DNA of 64,000 nt from a virus (Duplodnaviria > Caudoviricetes): positions 1,416-65,415 of the IMG/VR virus record IMGVR_UViG_2808606757_000001, one strand, 5' to 3'. The translations under genes and the position numbers were made by a program. The notes under the pieces are model-generated. The model saw only the letters and a list, made by a program, of their open reading frames with translations. It did no database searches and was not told where the DNA came from. The first letter of the stretch is position 1. Every line of letters starts with the position of its first letter. Below, piece by piece: positions 27,050-36,716 of the stretch.

Positions 27050-28957
27050 GTGGCCGCCACTGACCTGCGCATCGTTCGACGTCGCCGCGGCGCGCTGACG
27101 GCATCCGTGGCCGCCCCGCGCGCGCTGACTGCCGCGTCTGCCCCCGTCAACGACCCCGCCCAAATCTTCCGGGCCTCGTCGAGCATGACGGGGCGCCGCG
27201 ACAACTGGCAGGACGAAGCGTGGCAGATGTACCGTGCCGTCGGCGAATTCGGCTACTACGTGCGGTGGCGGTCGAACTCGTGCTCTCGCGCATCGCTGAT
27301 CGCGTCGGAGATCGACCCCGACAGCGGCCGGCCAACGGGCAGCATCGATCCCGACAACAAAGAGGGGCTGCGGGTAGCGGAGATCGTCCGCAACATCGCC
27401 GGCGGGCCGCTGGGACAGTCGCAGCTGGTCAAGCGGATCGCCGAGGTGCTGACCGTTCCGGGTGAGCTGTGGGTTGCGATCCTGATGCGCCAGGAGGGCA
27501 CCGGTTCCCGGCAGCGTGTGGTGGAGAAGTGGTACGCCCTCACCCGTAAGCAGATGGAGCAGGGCTCCCGCAGCAACACTGTGGTGATCAAGCTGCCCGA
27601 CGGGTCGAAACACGAATTCGATCCGACCAACGGCGACGTGATGTTCCGCGTATGGAACCCCGACGCTGAGGACGCGGCGGAGCCGGATTCGCCGGTGCGC
27701 GCCTGCCTCGGCCCGTTGCGGGAGATCGTGCGGACGACCCGCAAGATCGCCAACGCGGACGACTCGCGCCTGATGAACAACGGCATCCTGTTCGTGCCGT
27801 CGGAGGCTAGCTTGCCGGATCCGCAGGCCCCAACCGCGGCGGATCAGCCGGCGCCGTCCGGGCCGCCGGTTGCGCAGCCGCCTCGGAAGATGGCGGCCAG
27901 CCTGCAGAGGATGATCATTCAGGTGTCCCAGGAGGGCGCCAAGAACGAGAACAGCGTCGCGTCGAACGTGCCGATCGTGGCGTCCGCGCCGGGCGAGCAC
28001 ATCAGCAAGATTCAGCATCTGGAGTTCGGCAAGGACGTCACCGACACCGAGATCAGGAAACGCAACGACGCGATCGCCCGCCTGGCCATGGGCCTGGACA
28101 TGTCACCAGAACGGCTTCTCGGCCTGGGTAACTCGACGAACCACTGGTCCGCGCGCCAGATCGGCGAAGAGGATGTGCAGCTGCATATCGCGCCGGTGAT
28201 GGAAACGATCTGCCAGTCGATCTATGACAGCGTGCTGCGCAACGTGCTCGACGGCGAGAACATCGATCCGGACAAGTACATCCTTTGGTATGACACCGGC
28301 CAGCTGACGTCGGACCCGGACCTGACCGACGAGGCCAAGGACGCGTTCGAGAAGGGCACCATCACCGCCGAGGCGCTGGTCCGGATCTACGGCCTGCCCG
28401 ACGAGTCGATGTACGACTTCGCCAGCCTGGAGGGTTGGCAGCAGTGGGCTCAGGACCGGGTGTCGCAGGACCCGACACTGATCCGGGATCTGCTGCCGCT
28501 GTTGGACAAGTCGATTCAGGCGCTCGACTTCCCGGAGCCGACACCAGCGTTGCCGCCTGGCCAGAACGAGGTCGACGACGAGGAACCCGACGCGGAGCAC
28601 CGCGAGGAACCCGACACCGAGGACGACAACCGCGACGGTCAGCATTCGGCCCGCGCCGACACCGAGCTAGCAGTGGTGGATCTGCTCGTCGGCCGCGCAC
28701 TCGAGTTGGCCGGAAAGCGGCGCCGCACCCGGGCAGACATGGATCGCCTGCAGCACGTGCCGACCCACCAGACGCACCGATACATGGGGCCGGTCGCTGA
28801 CAGCGAGGTGGCTCACCTGATCAGGGGTTGGGATGACGTGTTCAACGACGACTTCGCCGCCCAGCACGGTGTCGATCCGGAGCGGGTGCGGGCCGCGGTG
28901 AAGCGGATCGCCCGCCGGGAGCTGACGGCCCAGGTCGTAGACGGGCAGGTGGTCTGA
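27050..28957 (+). CDS. Portal protein
   Basis: 635 aa between terL and head protease; WQDEAWQMY, SRLMNNGILFVP and NHWSA motifs. Confidence 0.85.
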   Translation: MAATDLRIVRRRRGALTASVAAPRALTAASAPVNDPAQIFRASSSMTGRRDNWQDEAWQMYRAVGEFGYYVRWRSNSCSRASLIASEIDPDSGRPTGSIDPDNKEGLRVAEIVRNIAGGPLGQSQLVKRIAEVLTVPGELWVAILMRQEGTGSRQRVVEKWYALTRKQMEQGSRSNTVVIKLPDGSKHEFDPTNGDVMFRVWNPDAEDAAEPDSPVRACLGPLREIVRTTRKIANADDSRLMNNGILFVPSEASLPDPQAPTAADQPAPSGPPVAQPPRKMAASLQRMIIQVSQEGAKNENSVASNVPIVASAPGEHISKIQHLEFGKDVTDTEIRKRNDAIARLAMGLDMSPERLLGLGNSTNHWSARQIGEEDVQLHIAPVMETICQSIYDSVLRNVLDGENIDPDKYILWYDTGQLTSDPDLTDEAKDAFEKGTITAEALVRIYGLPDESMYDFASLEGWQQWAQDRVSQDPTLIRDLLPLLDKSIQALDFPEPTPALPPGQNEVDDEEPDAEHREEPDTEDDNRDGQHSARADTELAVVDLLVGRALELAGKRRRTRADMDRLQHVPTHQTHRYMGPVADSEVAHLIRGWDDVFNDDFAAQHGVDPERVRAAVKRIARRELTAQVVDGQVV

Positions 28958-31690
28958 GTGTTCTGGCCGGGCCGCGGGGAAGCGTTGTCACGCACCATCG
29001 AAGCTGAATCGGCGCTGTCTGACCTGTATTCGGAGGCGTTGCGCCGCTGGGCGCCGGCCGCGCGAGCAGTCGCGTTGCCTGCGCTGACGGCCGCCGCATT
29101 GCCGCCGGATCCTGCCGCGCTGGCTCAGGCCCAATCGGCGTGGGACCAGCACGCCGACGAGGTGGTGCTGGCCGGGATTGGGATCCTGTGGGCCGTAGCG
29201 GTGTTCGAGGCCGCGAAGGATCTGGGTGTCGCGCCGGTCGCTGCGGCGACGCCGGAGTTGTCGACGGTGGTGCTCGGTATCGTGCTGGCGTCGGTGCTGT
29301 TGTCGCGGCGCGATGTGGAGCAGGCCGTCGGGTACGTCGAGTCTGTTCCGGCGCTGATGGCTTCTCGCGCCGACTATTTGGAGTCGCTGCGCCCCGACGT
29401 TGCTGGTACGCCGGGGTTGGTGCGGGCGAAAGTTGAGTCTGCGCTGGCGGATATGACGATGGAGGTGGAGCGAACCACGCTCGCCCCGGAGTCTGCGTCA
29501 GACGCCCCCGGCCGGTCCGGTGTACCCGCTCCCGCCGAGCCGCGCATCACGATCGACGTTGTTCCGGAGACGCGGCCGGAAGTGTTGGCGGCGAAGGCTG
29601 CTGAGGTGCTCGAGGTCGATTCGCCGGCGATGCAGGCGGTGGCGCGGGATGGTGGCTATCAGGCTGCTGAGGTGCTCAACCATGCGGTCCTGGCCGCGGC
29701 GCTGCAGTCCGAGGACGCTGACGAGCTGCACAAGGTGTGGATCTCCACGCTGGACGGTAAGACCCGCCCGTCGCATTGGGCGGCCGACGGTCAACGCGCA
29801 CCGCTGGCAGGCACTTTCACCGTTGGCGGCGAGCAGATGAGGTTCCCGGCCGACCCGACGGCGTCGGCGGCCGAGCGGAAGAACTGCCGCTGCCGGCTCG
29901 GGATCCTCGGCGCCGACGAGGAGATCCCCGACGAGATGGACCGCCACACCGAGCGTCTGAACGGCCGCGACAGCGTGGTGATCAACCGCGATGGCCGCAC
30001 CCAGGCAGAGGAAATTGAGCGGCGACGCAACTCCGGGAACATCCGGGCACGTGACGACGAGAACGGGATTGGGCGCATCGCGTCCGGCGGCTGGGCCGCA
30101 CCGAGCGAACAGGAGTACGAGATGGCCACCGAGGACGCGGAGACCTACCTGACGTTCACTGACGCACTGTTCGCAGTGACCGGCACACCGACCAGTGATC
30201 GGCGGATGCTCGCGGCCGACATCGACCTGACGTTCCGGGACACCCCGCTGCCGCTGCAGTGGTGCGAGAAGTCCAAGGGCGGCCACGATGATTCGGTCAC
30301 CATCGGTGTCATCGAATCCCTGTCCTACTCCGACGGTGAGGTTCGGGCGTCGGGGTACCTGCTGAACAACGAGCACGCAGCGAAGGCGTTCGACCTCATG
30401 TCGCACGGTGTTGCGAACCCGTCGGTGGACCTAGGTGGCGAGTTCGAGATGTTCGAAACCTACGACGACGGCACCGTGGTCACAGACGAGAATTTCGACC
30501 CGTCGCGGCCGATCTACCGGACCATCACCCGGGCCGAAGTGCTGGCCACCACAATCGTCGCGATCCCGGCGTTCGGGCAGACCCGCATCAGTCTCAACGC
30601 GGAACGGGAATCGCGGGACCGGGCGCTGGTCGCGTCGGCCGCCGCGAAGTTCCAGCCCCGCGTGTACGACCCGGCACTGTTCTCCGACCCGGGGCTGACG
30701 GGGCCGACCCCGCTGTCCATCGATCCCGCGACAGGCCGGATCTTCGGCCATATCGCGGTGTTCAACGAGAAGCACCGTTCCGTCGGCCTCGGCCACATCT
30801 CGCCGCCGCGTTCCCGCACCGGATACGCCCACTTCCACACCAGCCCGCCGGTGCACCTGGCCGACGGCACCCGGCTCGCGGTCGGCCGGCTGACGGTCGG
30901 GATCGGCCATGCCCCGACGTCGGGTGTGACCAACGCGGAAGCCCAGGCACACTACGACAACGTGGAAGCGTGCTTCGCGCTGGTTCGCGCCGGCGAGGAC
31001 TCGACGGGCGTATGGGTGTCTGGTGTGGCGGCGCCGTGGGCGACGCCGGAGAAGGTTGAGATGGGGCTGTCCGCGCCGCTGTCGGGGGACTGGCGGCCAT
31101 ACGGTGGCGATCTGGAGTTGGTGGCGGCGCTGGCGGTGAATACGCCTGGGTTCGTGTGCCGGTCGACGACCGATGCGCAGGGCAACCCGTTGTCGTTGGT
31201 GGCGTCGCTGTCGCCGCGGCCGGGCACGGAAGCTAGCCCCATGCTGTCCCTCACTGACATCAAGGCTGTGGTGGCCGAGGCGTTGGCGGAGTCGCAGCGG
31301 GCCGCGGAGCTGGCGCAGCGACGCGCCACCGTGCTCGCCCGGGCTAAGAACGCGGTCGGGGATCCGCCGCCGGAGCTGACGCCGACCGAGCGCATGGGCC
31401 AGCTGCTCGAGTTGCATTCCGATCCGGGCGCGGCGTTCGCCGATCCGAACCCGGGCCGGGGGATGCCGGCCCAGTTCAAGAAGTACTGGCTGTCCGGTGC
31501 GGGCGCGGCGAAGATCCGTTGGGGAACCCCAGGGGATTTCAACCGGTGCGTGACGGCGATCAACGCGAAGATCGTTGAGAACGGCCGGAAGCCGCTGCCG
31601 GATCACGAGATCAAGGGTCTGTGCGCCAAGTTGCACAAGGAGGCGACAGGTGCGCGGCCGGGCCAGGCGCCGGGCGAGAAGGGGGCCTGA
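28958..31690 (+). CDS. MuF-like minor head protein fused to capsid maturation protease
   Basis: MuF motif KVWISTLDGKTRPSH...FPADP...NCRC; protease region HDDSVTIG, SVD, IPAF. Confidence 0.85.
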   Translation: MFWPGRGEALSRTIEAESALSDLYSEALRRWAPAARAVALPALTAAALPPDPAALAQAQSAWDQHADEVVLAGIGILWAVAVFEAAKDLGVAPVAAATPELSTVVLGIVLASVLLSRRDVEQAVGYVESVPALMASRADYLESLRPDVAGTPGLVRAKVESALADMTMEVERTTLAPESASDAPGRSGVPAPAEPRITIDVVPETRPEVLAAKAAEVLEVDSPAMQAVARDGGYQAAEVLNHAVLAAALQSEDADELHKVWISTLDGKTRPSHWAADGQRAPLAGTFTVGGEQMRFPADPTASAAERKNCRCRLGILGADEEIPDEMDRHTERLNGRDSVVINRDGRTQAEEIERRRNSGNIRARDDENGIGRIASGGWAAPSEQEYEMATEDAETYLTFTDALFAVTGTPTSDRRMLAADIDLTFRDTPLPLQWCEKSKGGHDDSVTIGVIESLSYSDGEVRASGYLLNNEHAAKAFDLMSHGVANPSVDLGGEFEMFETYDDGTVVTDENFDPSRPIYRTITRAEVLATTIVAIPAFGQTRISLNAERESRDRALVASAAAKFQPRVYDPALFSDPGLTGPTPLSIDPATGRIFGHIAVFNEKHRSVGLGHISPPRSRTGYAHFHTSPPVHLADGTRLAVGRLTVGIGHAPTSGVTNAEAQAHYDNVEACFALVRAGEDSTGVWVSGVAAPWATPEKVEMGLSAPLSGDWRPYGGDLELVAALAVNTPGFVCRSTTDAQGNPLSLVASLSPRPGTEASPMLSLTDIKAVVAEALAESQRAAELAQRRATVLARAKNAVGDPPPELTPTERMGQLLELHSDPGAAFADPNPGRGMPAQFKKYWLSGAGAAKIRWGTPGDFNRCVTAINAKIVENGRKPLPDHEIKGLCAKLHKEATGARPGQAPGEKGA

Positions 31691-31693
31691 CCG

Positions 31694-31879
31694 ATGGCAT
31701 GTGCGTGCAGGGGCGGCGCCCGGGCGGGTGCTCGCACGGCTTCGGGTGCGACGGTGACGGGGTATCAGTACACCGCGCCGGACAAGTCGGTGAAGGTGTT
31801 CCTGACGAAGCTTGAGGCTGTTACGGAGCAGCGCCGTAACGGTGGCGGCACGATCAAACAGATGACCAGCGGCGCATAG
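31694..31879 (+). CDS. Small head-region protein
   Basis: MACACRGG start; followed by a terminator. Confidence 0.65.
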   Translation: MACACRGGARAGARTASGATVTGYQYTAPDKSVKVFLTKLEAVTEQRRNGGGTIKQMTSGA

Positions 31880-31892
31880 CCGTCCACGCTTC

Positions 31893-31922
31893 AAAGGCCC
31901 CGGGTTGACGCCCGGGGCCTTT
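31893..31922 (+). terminator. Intrinsic terminator
   Basis: AAAGGCCCCGGG-loop-CCCGGGGCCTTT. Confidence 0.8.
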
Positions 31923-32043
31923 CGCGTGCGAGGGGTGCTGCACCGTGCCTGCTTACCGTCCTGCGCCAGAGAGTTCCTGCTGGCTGCGGGCCGAGGGGCG
32001 ATCGACAGAACGAGAGTTTCACTCAGAAAACGAGGAGCACGAA

Positions 32044-33834
32044 GTGAAGTTCGACAAGCTGCCCGATCAGCTTCCCCAGACCGTCGCCGAGCTGGACGAG
32101 CTCGCCGCCGCGATCACCGCAGAAATCAACGTCTTCCAGGCCCGCTCGGCCGCCGGTCACGAGTTCACGGCCGATGAGCTGGAGCGCGCCGAGTACGTCG
32201 TCGCGGCCCACGAGCAGGTCACCGAGGCACGCGAAGCCGTCGAGGTCGCCGACCAGGAAGCCGCCGACAAGCTCAACACGGTGCTGGCCCGCGCGGCTGC
32301 CGCGACCAAGAAGCCCGAAGCCCCCGAGGCTGAGAAGGCCGAGGACACCGAAGCGCCTGCCGCTGATGCGGATGGCGACGGCGGAGCCGAGACCGACGCT
32401 GCCGCTGAGGTCGTGGCCGAAGCCGAGCAGGTCGCCGCTGAAGCTGCCGAAGCCCCCGAGGCTGTGGCTGCCAGCGCCGCCAAGCCGGTCAGCTTCGCAG
32501 GTGCCACCCGCGGCAACAACGACCTCCCCGGCCCCGCCCCCACGGGTGAGAAGCCGAAGGGCTGGGAGTTCGTGCCGTCGGCACCGAAGTACTCCGAGTT
32601 CGGCAGCGACAAGGTTGGTTTCACCGAGATCGCTCAGTCGATCGCGTCGGTCAGCCAGGGCTCCGTCTCCGGTCGTCAGCGCACCGGCACCAGCCCCGAC
32701 GGCAGCTTCGCGACCCAGGCAATCGCCAAGCTGACCCGGCCGCAGCCCGATATGCCGGCACCGGCCAACGAGCACGAGATGTACGAGGCGATCCAACAGA
32801 TCGGCCGCGAGATCCCCGGCCACGGTGCAGTGTCCGCCAAAGCCCTGGTGGCTGCTGGCGGCTGGTGCGCCCCGTCGCAGCAGATTTACACGTTCTGCGC
32901 GATCCCCCCGGCCTCGGATCTGCTGTCGCTGCCGGACTTCCCGTTCGACTTCTCCCGCGGCGGTGTCCGCGTCCCGGTGAACCCGGACATGTCCGCGCTG
33001 CTGGACGACGTGTGGCACTTCACCGAGACCGAGCTGGAAGCCGTTGACGTCAACGGTGATCCGACCGCGGTCAAGCCGATCATCGAGCTGCCCTGCCCGG
33101 ACCAGTTCCTCGAGTGGCGGCTGGAAGCCATCGGTTGGGCCGCTAAGGCGGGCATCCTGCAGCGGCAGGCATGGCCCGAGGCTATCGCGAACGCGTTGGA
33201 GCAGATCCAGGTCGCTCACCAGCACCGCGTCTCGCAGAAGTCGATCGCCAAGATGGTCGCTGGCTCCGGCACCCCCATCGTGGTTCCCCCGACCTCGGTC
33301 CTGGGCGCCACCAGCGGTGCACTGAACGGTCTGGCCCTGCAGGCGTCGAACCTGCGGTACAACAAGGGCCTGAAGGGCGACGCCACGATCGAAGGTGTTG
33401 CGCCCGTGTGGTTCCGCGAGGTGCTGCGCGCCGACCTGGCCCTGCGTGAGGGCAAGGACACCCTGGCCGTCTCCAACGCCGAGATCGACAGCTGGCTGGC
33501 GGTCCGCGACATCTACCTGCAGTACGTGGTGGATTGGCAGACCCGCGGCGCGGGCCAGCCCGGAAACATGGCAACCGTGCAGTACCCGGCCACCGTCGAC
33601 GTGCTGCTGTTCCCGGCCGGCACCTGGTTCCGGACGCTGAACAACATCATCACGCTGGGTGTGCAGTACCCGCTGCAGCAGCTGGTGCTCAACCAGTACA
33701 CCCATGTGTTCACCGAGGATTCGTTCCAGGTGGGCAAGCGTTGCGATCAGTCGATCATCGTGCGGCTGCCGCTCTGCGTGTCGGGCGCCGTCGGTGCACG
33801 CCAGACCGTGGCGTGCAACACCCCGACCCCGTAA
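32044..33834 (+). CDS. Major capsid protein with N-terminal scaffold-like region
   Basis: RBS GAGGAG; Ala/Glu-rich N-terminus; LVAAGGWCAPS motif; position after the protease. Confidence 0.88.
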   Translation: MKFDKLPDQLPQTVAELDELAAAITAEINVFQARSAAGHEFTADELERAEYVVAAHEQVTEAREAVEVADQEAADKLNTVLARAAAATKKPEAPEAEKAEDTEAPAADADGDGGAETDAAAEVVAEAEQVAAEAAEAPEAVAASAAKPVSFAGATRGNNDLPGPAPTGEKPKGWEFVPSAPKYSEFGSDKVGFTEIAQSIASVSQGSVSGRQRTGTSPDGSFATQAIAKLTRPQPDMPAPANEHEMYEAIQQIGREIPGHGAVSAKALVAAGGWCAPSQQIYTFCAIPPASDLLSLPDFPFDFSRGGVRVPVNPDMSALLDDVWHFTETELEAVDVNGDPTAVKPIIELPCPDQFLEWRLEAIGWAAKAGILQRQAWPEAIANALEQIQVAHQHRVSQKSIAKMVAGSGTPIVVPPTSVLGATSGALNGLALQASNLRYNKGLKGDATIEGVAPVWFREVLRADLALREGKDTLAVSNAEIDSWLAVRDIYLQYVVDWQTRGAGQPGNMATVQYPATVDVLLFPAGTWFRTLNNIITLGVQYPLQQLVLNQYTHVFTEDSFQVGKRCDQSIIVRLPLCVSGAVGARQTVACNTPTP

Positions 33835-33861
33835 CGGGTAGCCGGCGAATCGCATTGGACG

Positions 33862-33907
33862 AGGCGGGCGGCGTGAACAAATCCGAGGCGTTCACGTCCG
33901 CCCGCCT
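33862..33907 (+). terminator. Stem-loop after the capsid gene
   Basis: AGGCGGGCGGCGTGAAC...GTTCACGTCCGCCCGCCT; no strong U-tract. Confidence 0.55.
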
Positions 33908-33931
33908 TCCCGGTAGAGAGGACCGCACGCA

Positions 33932-34711
33932 ATGACCGCAGCACTGTCCCCGGTGGTGTTTGATGCACCGCTGGTCAACCCTGCACCGAACGGCCTGTTC
34001 GGTGCGACGCAGTGGACCGACGAGGACGGCCCGTTGCGGTGGCTGCCGTCTGGTGTCGACTTCCGGGTATTCAACTACGGCGGCGCAACACAATTCGGTG
34101 TGTGGGAGCATCCATGGTGCACCCCCGAGAGCGGGCTCGATCCCGAGACGGACGCCAAGAGTGGTGTACGGCCGGACTTCCCGGACACGTTCCTGGCGCT
34201 GACCACGTTCGCGGCCGACGAGTGCGATCTGCTGAAGCGGAGTCGCGACGAGGTGCGTGTGCGGGCTCAGCAGGTGCATCGCCTGCAGGAACCCAACGCC
34301 GTTGAGGCCAAGCTGGCGGTTCGGATGCTGGCCGACGCCGGCACCCCCGCCACTGCAACAGGCATTGTGGCTGGGGTCGCCAAACTTGAAGGCATGTTGG
34401 CCAAGACGAACACGGTCGGCATGATCCACGCATCGGCCGAGCTGGCCGCGCCGGCGGCAGAGGCCAACCTGATCCGGTACAACGGCAGCCGCCTCGTTTC
34501 CCCGCTGGGCCACACCTGGGTGTTCGGCGGCGGCTATGTCGCTGGCCTCGGGGACAAGCTGGTGGCCACCAGCCAGACGTACGGCTGGCGTGGCCAGGTG
34601 GAGACCCGGGACGCGCCGAGCCTGTCGGTCAACGAGTTCAAGGCGATCACTGAGAGGTCGCTGGTCGTCGGTTACGAGGCGCTGATCGGCGCCGTGGACA
34701 TCACCCCGTAG
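33932..34711 (+). CDS. Minor capsid / head decoration protein
   Basis: Directly after the capsid; SPLGHTWVFGGGY motif. Confidence 0.7.
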   Translation: MTAALSPVVFDAPLVNPAPNGLFGATQWTDEDGPLRWLPSGVDFRVFNYGGATQFGVWEHPWCTPESGLDPETDAKSGVRPDFPDTFLALTTFAADECDLLKRSRDEVRVRAQQVHRLQEPNAVEAKLAVRMLADAGTPATATGIVAGVAKLEGMLAKTNTVGMIHASAELAAPAAEANLIRYNGSRLVSPLGHTWVFGGGYVAGLGDKLVATSQTYGWRGQVETRDAPSLSVNEFKAITERSLVVGYEALIGAVDITP

Positions 34712-34724
34712 AGGAGCTGAGATC

Positions 34725-35417
34725 GTGCCTGCTGGTGTGGACGTGGCGGTCGAGGATGGTTTCGCCACTATCGAATTCGTTGATCCATCGCTGCGTGGCC
34801 GCGGGCTCGCGAAGCTGCTCGAGGTGGGTACTCCGCCGGAGCTGATCGACAAGGTGACCCGGCCGCGGCTCGCGTACATCGTGCCGGAGGGCAACGCCCG
34901 GGAGGCTGGTCTGCTCGACGAGGCCGAGGCGCCCAACTTCGCTGAGGGCGGCCCAATCACGGTCGGCGACTATTCGATGCCGGTGGCGATCGAGTCCGGC
35001 TACGTCGTGCCGGGTGACGGTGTTCCCCCGCAGCAGCAGGGCGTCGAGGCTCGGCCCGGTGAGACTGTCGAGCTGGTCGGCACAGACACGGGCGGCCCGT
35101 ACACGACCCTGCCCGAGGTTCCTGATGCGTCGTACGGCCCGGACTCGACCCCGCTGGATCCGCCGACGCCGGCTGACGAGCCGACCGGTGACGCGCAGAG
35201 CAGCCAGGTTGAGTCGGCCGGTGACGCTGAGCTGATCGAAATCCCCGGCGGTGGCACAGTCGAACCCGCCACCCAGGCGTGGCCAGACGGCGAGCCCGAG
35301 CTTGAGTGGAAGCGGCCCGAACTCGACGCGTACGCGGCGTCGAAGGGGATCGATACCCGCGAGTTGCCCAATAAGCGGGACGTGCTCGCCGCGATCACGA
35401 GGGCGGCTGCACAGTGA
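34725..35417 (+). CDS. Hypothetical acidic protein with C-terminal HeH/Rho-N-like motif
   Basis: WKRPELDAYAASKGID...NKRDVLAAI. Confidence 0.7.
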   Translation: MPAGVDVAVEDGFATIEFVDPSLRGRGLAKLLEVGTPPELIDKVTRPRLAYIVPEGNAREAGLLDEAEAPNFAEGGPITVGDYSMPVAIESGYVVPGDGVPPQQQGVEARPGETVELVGTDTGGPYTTLPEVPDASYGPDSTPLDPPTPADEPTGDAQSSQVESAGDAELIEIPGGGTVEPATQAWPDGEPELEWKRPELDAYAASKGIDTRELPNKRDVLAAITRAAAQ

Positions 35418-35800
35418 CCACCACCGAAGTCGTTCCCGCACCGGGCATCCTGGGCCGCATTCGCGCCTGGGTGAAGCCCGAATGGCGTGAGCCCGGATAC
35501 CGGGTGGCTGGTGCCGCGATCATGATGCTGTTCGCCCTCGGGGTGCTGAAACAGGAGGAAGCGGCGCTATGGACGCAGCTCGTCGTATCGGTGATCACGA
35601 GCTTGTTCGCTCTGCTGTTCGCCACCTCTACGTGGCGGGCGGCTCTGTACCTGATCGTCGGCCCGCTCGGCGGTGTTTTGATGTGGTACGGGATCGTCAA
35701 CGCGGCGACGTGGGCGGTGATCGCCGCGGCGGTCGCGCAGGCGTTCGGGATCACCACGGCCGCAGCCAAAACGGTGCAAGAGCCATCTTCCAGCACATGA
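35414..35800 (+). CDS. Putative holin (about four TM segments)
   Basis: 128 aa, several hydrophobic helices. Confidence 0.6.
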   Translation: MTTTEVVPAPGILGRIRAWVKPEWREPGYRVAGAAIMMLFALGVLKQEEAALWTQLVVSVITSLFALLFATSTWRAALYLIVGPLGGVLMWYGIVNAATWAVIAAAVAQAFGITTAAAKTVQEPSSST

Positions 35801-36294
35801 GCGACGGCGGCGATTCGCTGCTGCCGGAACGTAGTCCCGGGGTGCGGGGCCTGGTGGATGCGGCCAAAGACGTTGAGCGGCACGAACGCAACAACATCGT
35901 ATTCATGGACACCATCACGATGCTGATGGGTCTGCTGCCGATTCTCTACGGCGTGCTGACGGTGACGATGGGCCGCGATATGTGGCGGTTCGGCGCCTAC
36001 CGCGGCGCGTACACCACGGCTCTCCAGGTGCCCGGCTCGCCGGAGTCGTGGGGTGTGGCGTTCATCGTGCTTGGGCTGTTGGTGTTCCTTGCGTTGCTGC
36101 GTCTACACGAGTCCTTGATGGCTTGGGTGATGTTGGCGCTGGGGCTGCTGTTCGGTGCGTTCTCCTCATCGTTCGCTGTCGACGCAGTGCGCTACGACGC
36201 GCCGGAGGCATGGACCAGCGTGCTGGTGTACGGGCTGATCGCCATGGGAATGATGGCCCGCTCCCGCCTGGCATGGGTCTCCCGGCAGCGATGA
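35797..36294 (+). CDS. Membrane protein (about four TM segments)
   Basis: Hydrophobic helices; coupled. Confidence 0.65.
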   Translation: MSDGGDSLLPERSPGVRGLVDAAKDVERHERNNIVFMDTITMLMGLLPILYGVLTVTMGRDMWRFGAYRGAYTTALQVPGSPESWGVAFIVLGLLVFLALLRLHESLMAWVMLALGLLFGAFSSSFAVDAVRYDAPEAWTSVLVYGLIAMGMMARSRLAWVSRQR

Positions 36295-36626
36295 ACTGGG
36301 CGCCGGTCATTCAACTCGCGGCGACACTCGGAGGTTTGGCCGCGGTCGTCAAACTTCTCGATTTCTGGAACACGCGCCGCGCCAAGCGGTTGCAGGCAGG
36401 TGGCACAGCCGGAGTTGAGTACGACAAGTTCATGGGCGCGGCGATGGTGCGCGTCAATGAGATCAACGCCGGACTGCGCGCGGACCTGGTGGTGGAGCGC
36501 CGCATCAAGTCAGCGCTGATCGATCTCGTTTACGACATCGTGAGGGAGTTCCGGCGCAAGGGTGCGACGTCGGAAGAGGTCGACCCGTTCCTGGACCGGC
36601 TCGACGATATTCGCGCTGATCGTTGA
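36291..36626 (+). CDS. Membrane-anchored protein
   Basis: N-terminal TM plus coiled coil. Confidence 0.6.
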   Translation: MNWAPVIQLAATLGGLAAVVKLLDFWNTRRAKRLQAGGTAGVEYDKFMGAAMVRVNEINAGLRADLVVERRIKSALIDLVYDIVREFRRKGATSEEVDPFLDRLDDIRADR

Positions 36627-36716
36627 TGCACCCTGCCCTCTTACTGTCCGAACTGCCTCGGGGAGAACAGAACCGACCGGCGCACTGTGCGCCTTGAGCA
36701 GGAGGAAGGCCAGCAC

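Noticed and set aside
32023-33855. Long minus-strand ORFs (e.g. 32023-33855, 40628-42634, 60264-61778, 30431-31894)
   Set aside because: Antisense shadows of high-GC3 genes, with no motifs or translation signals
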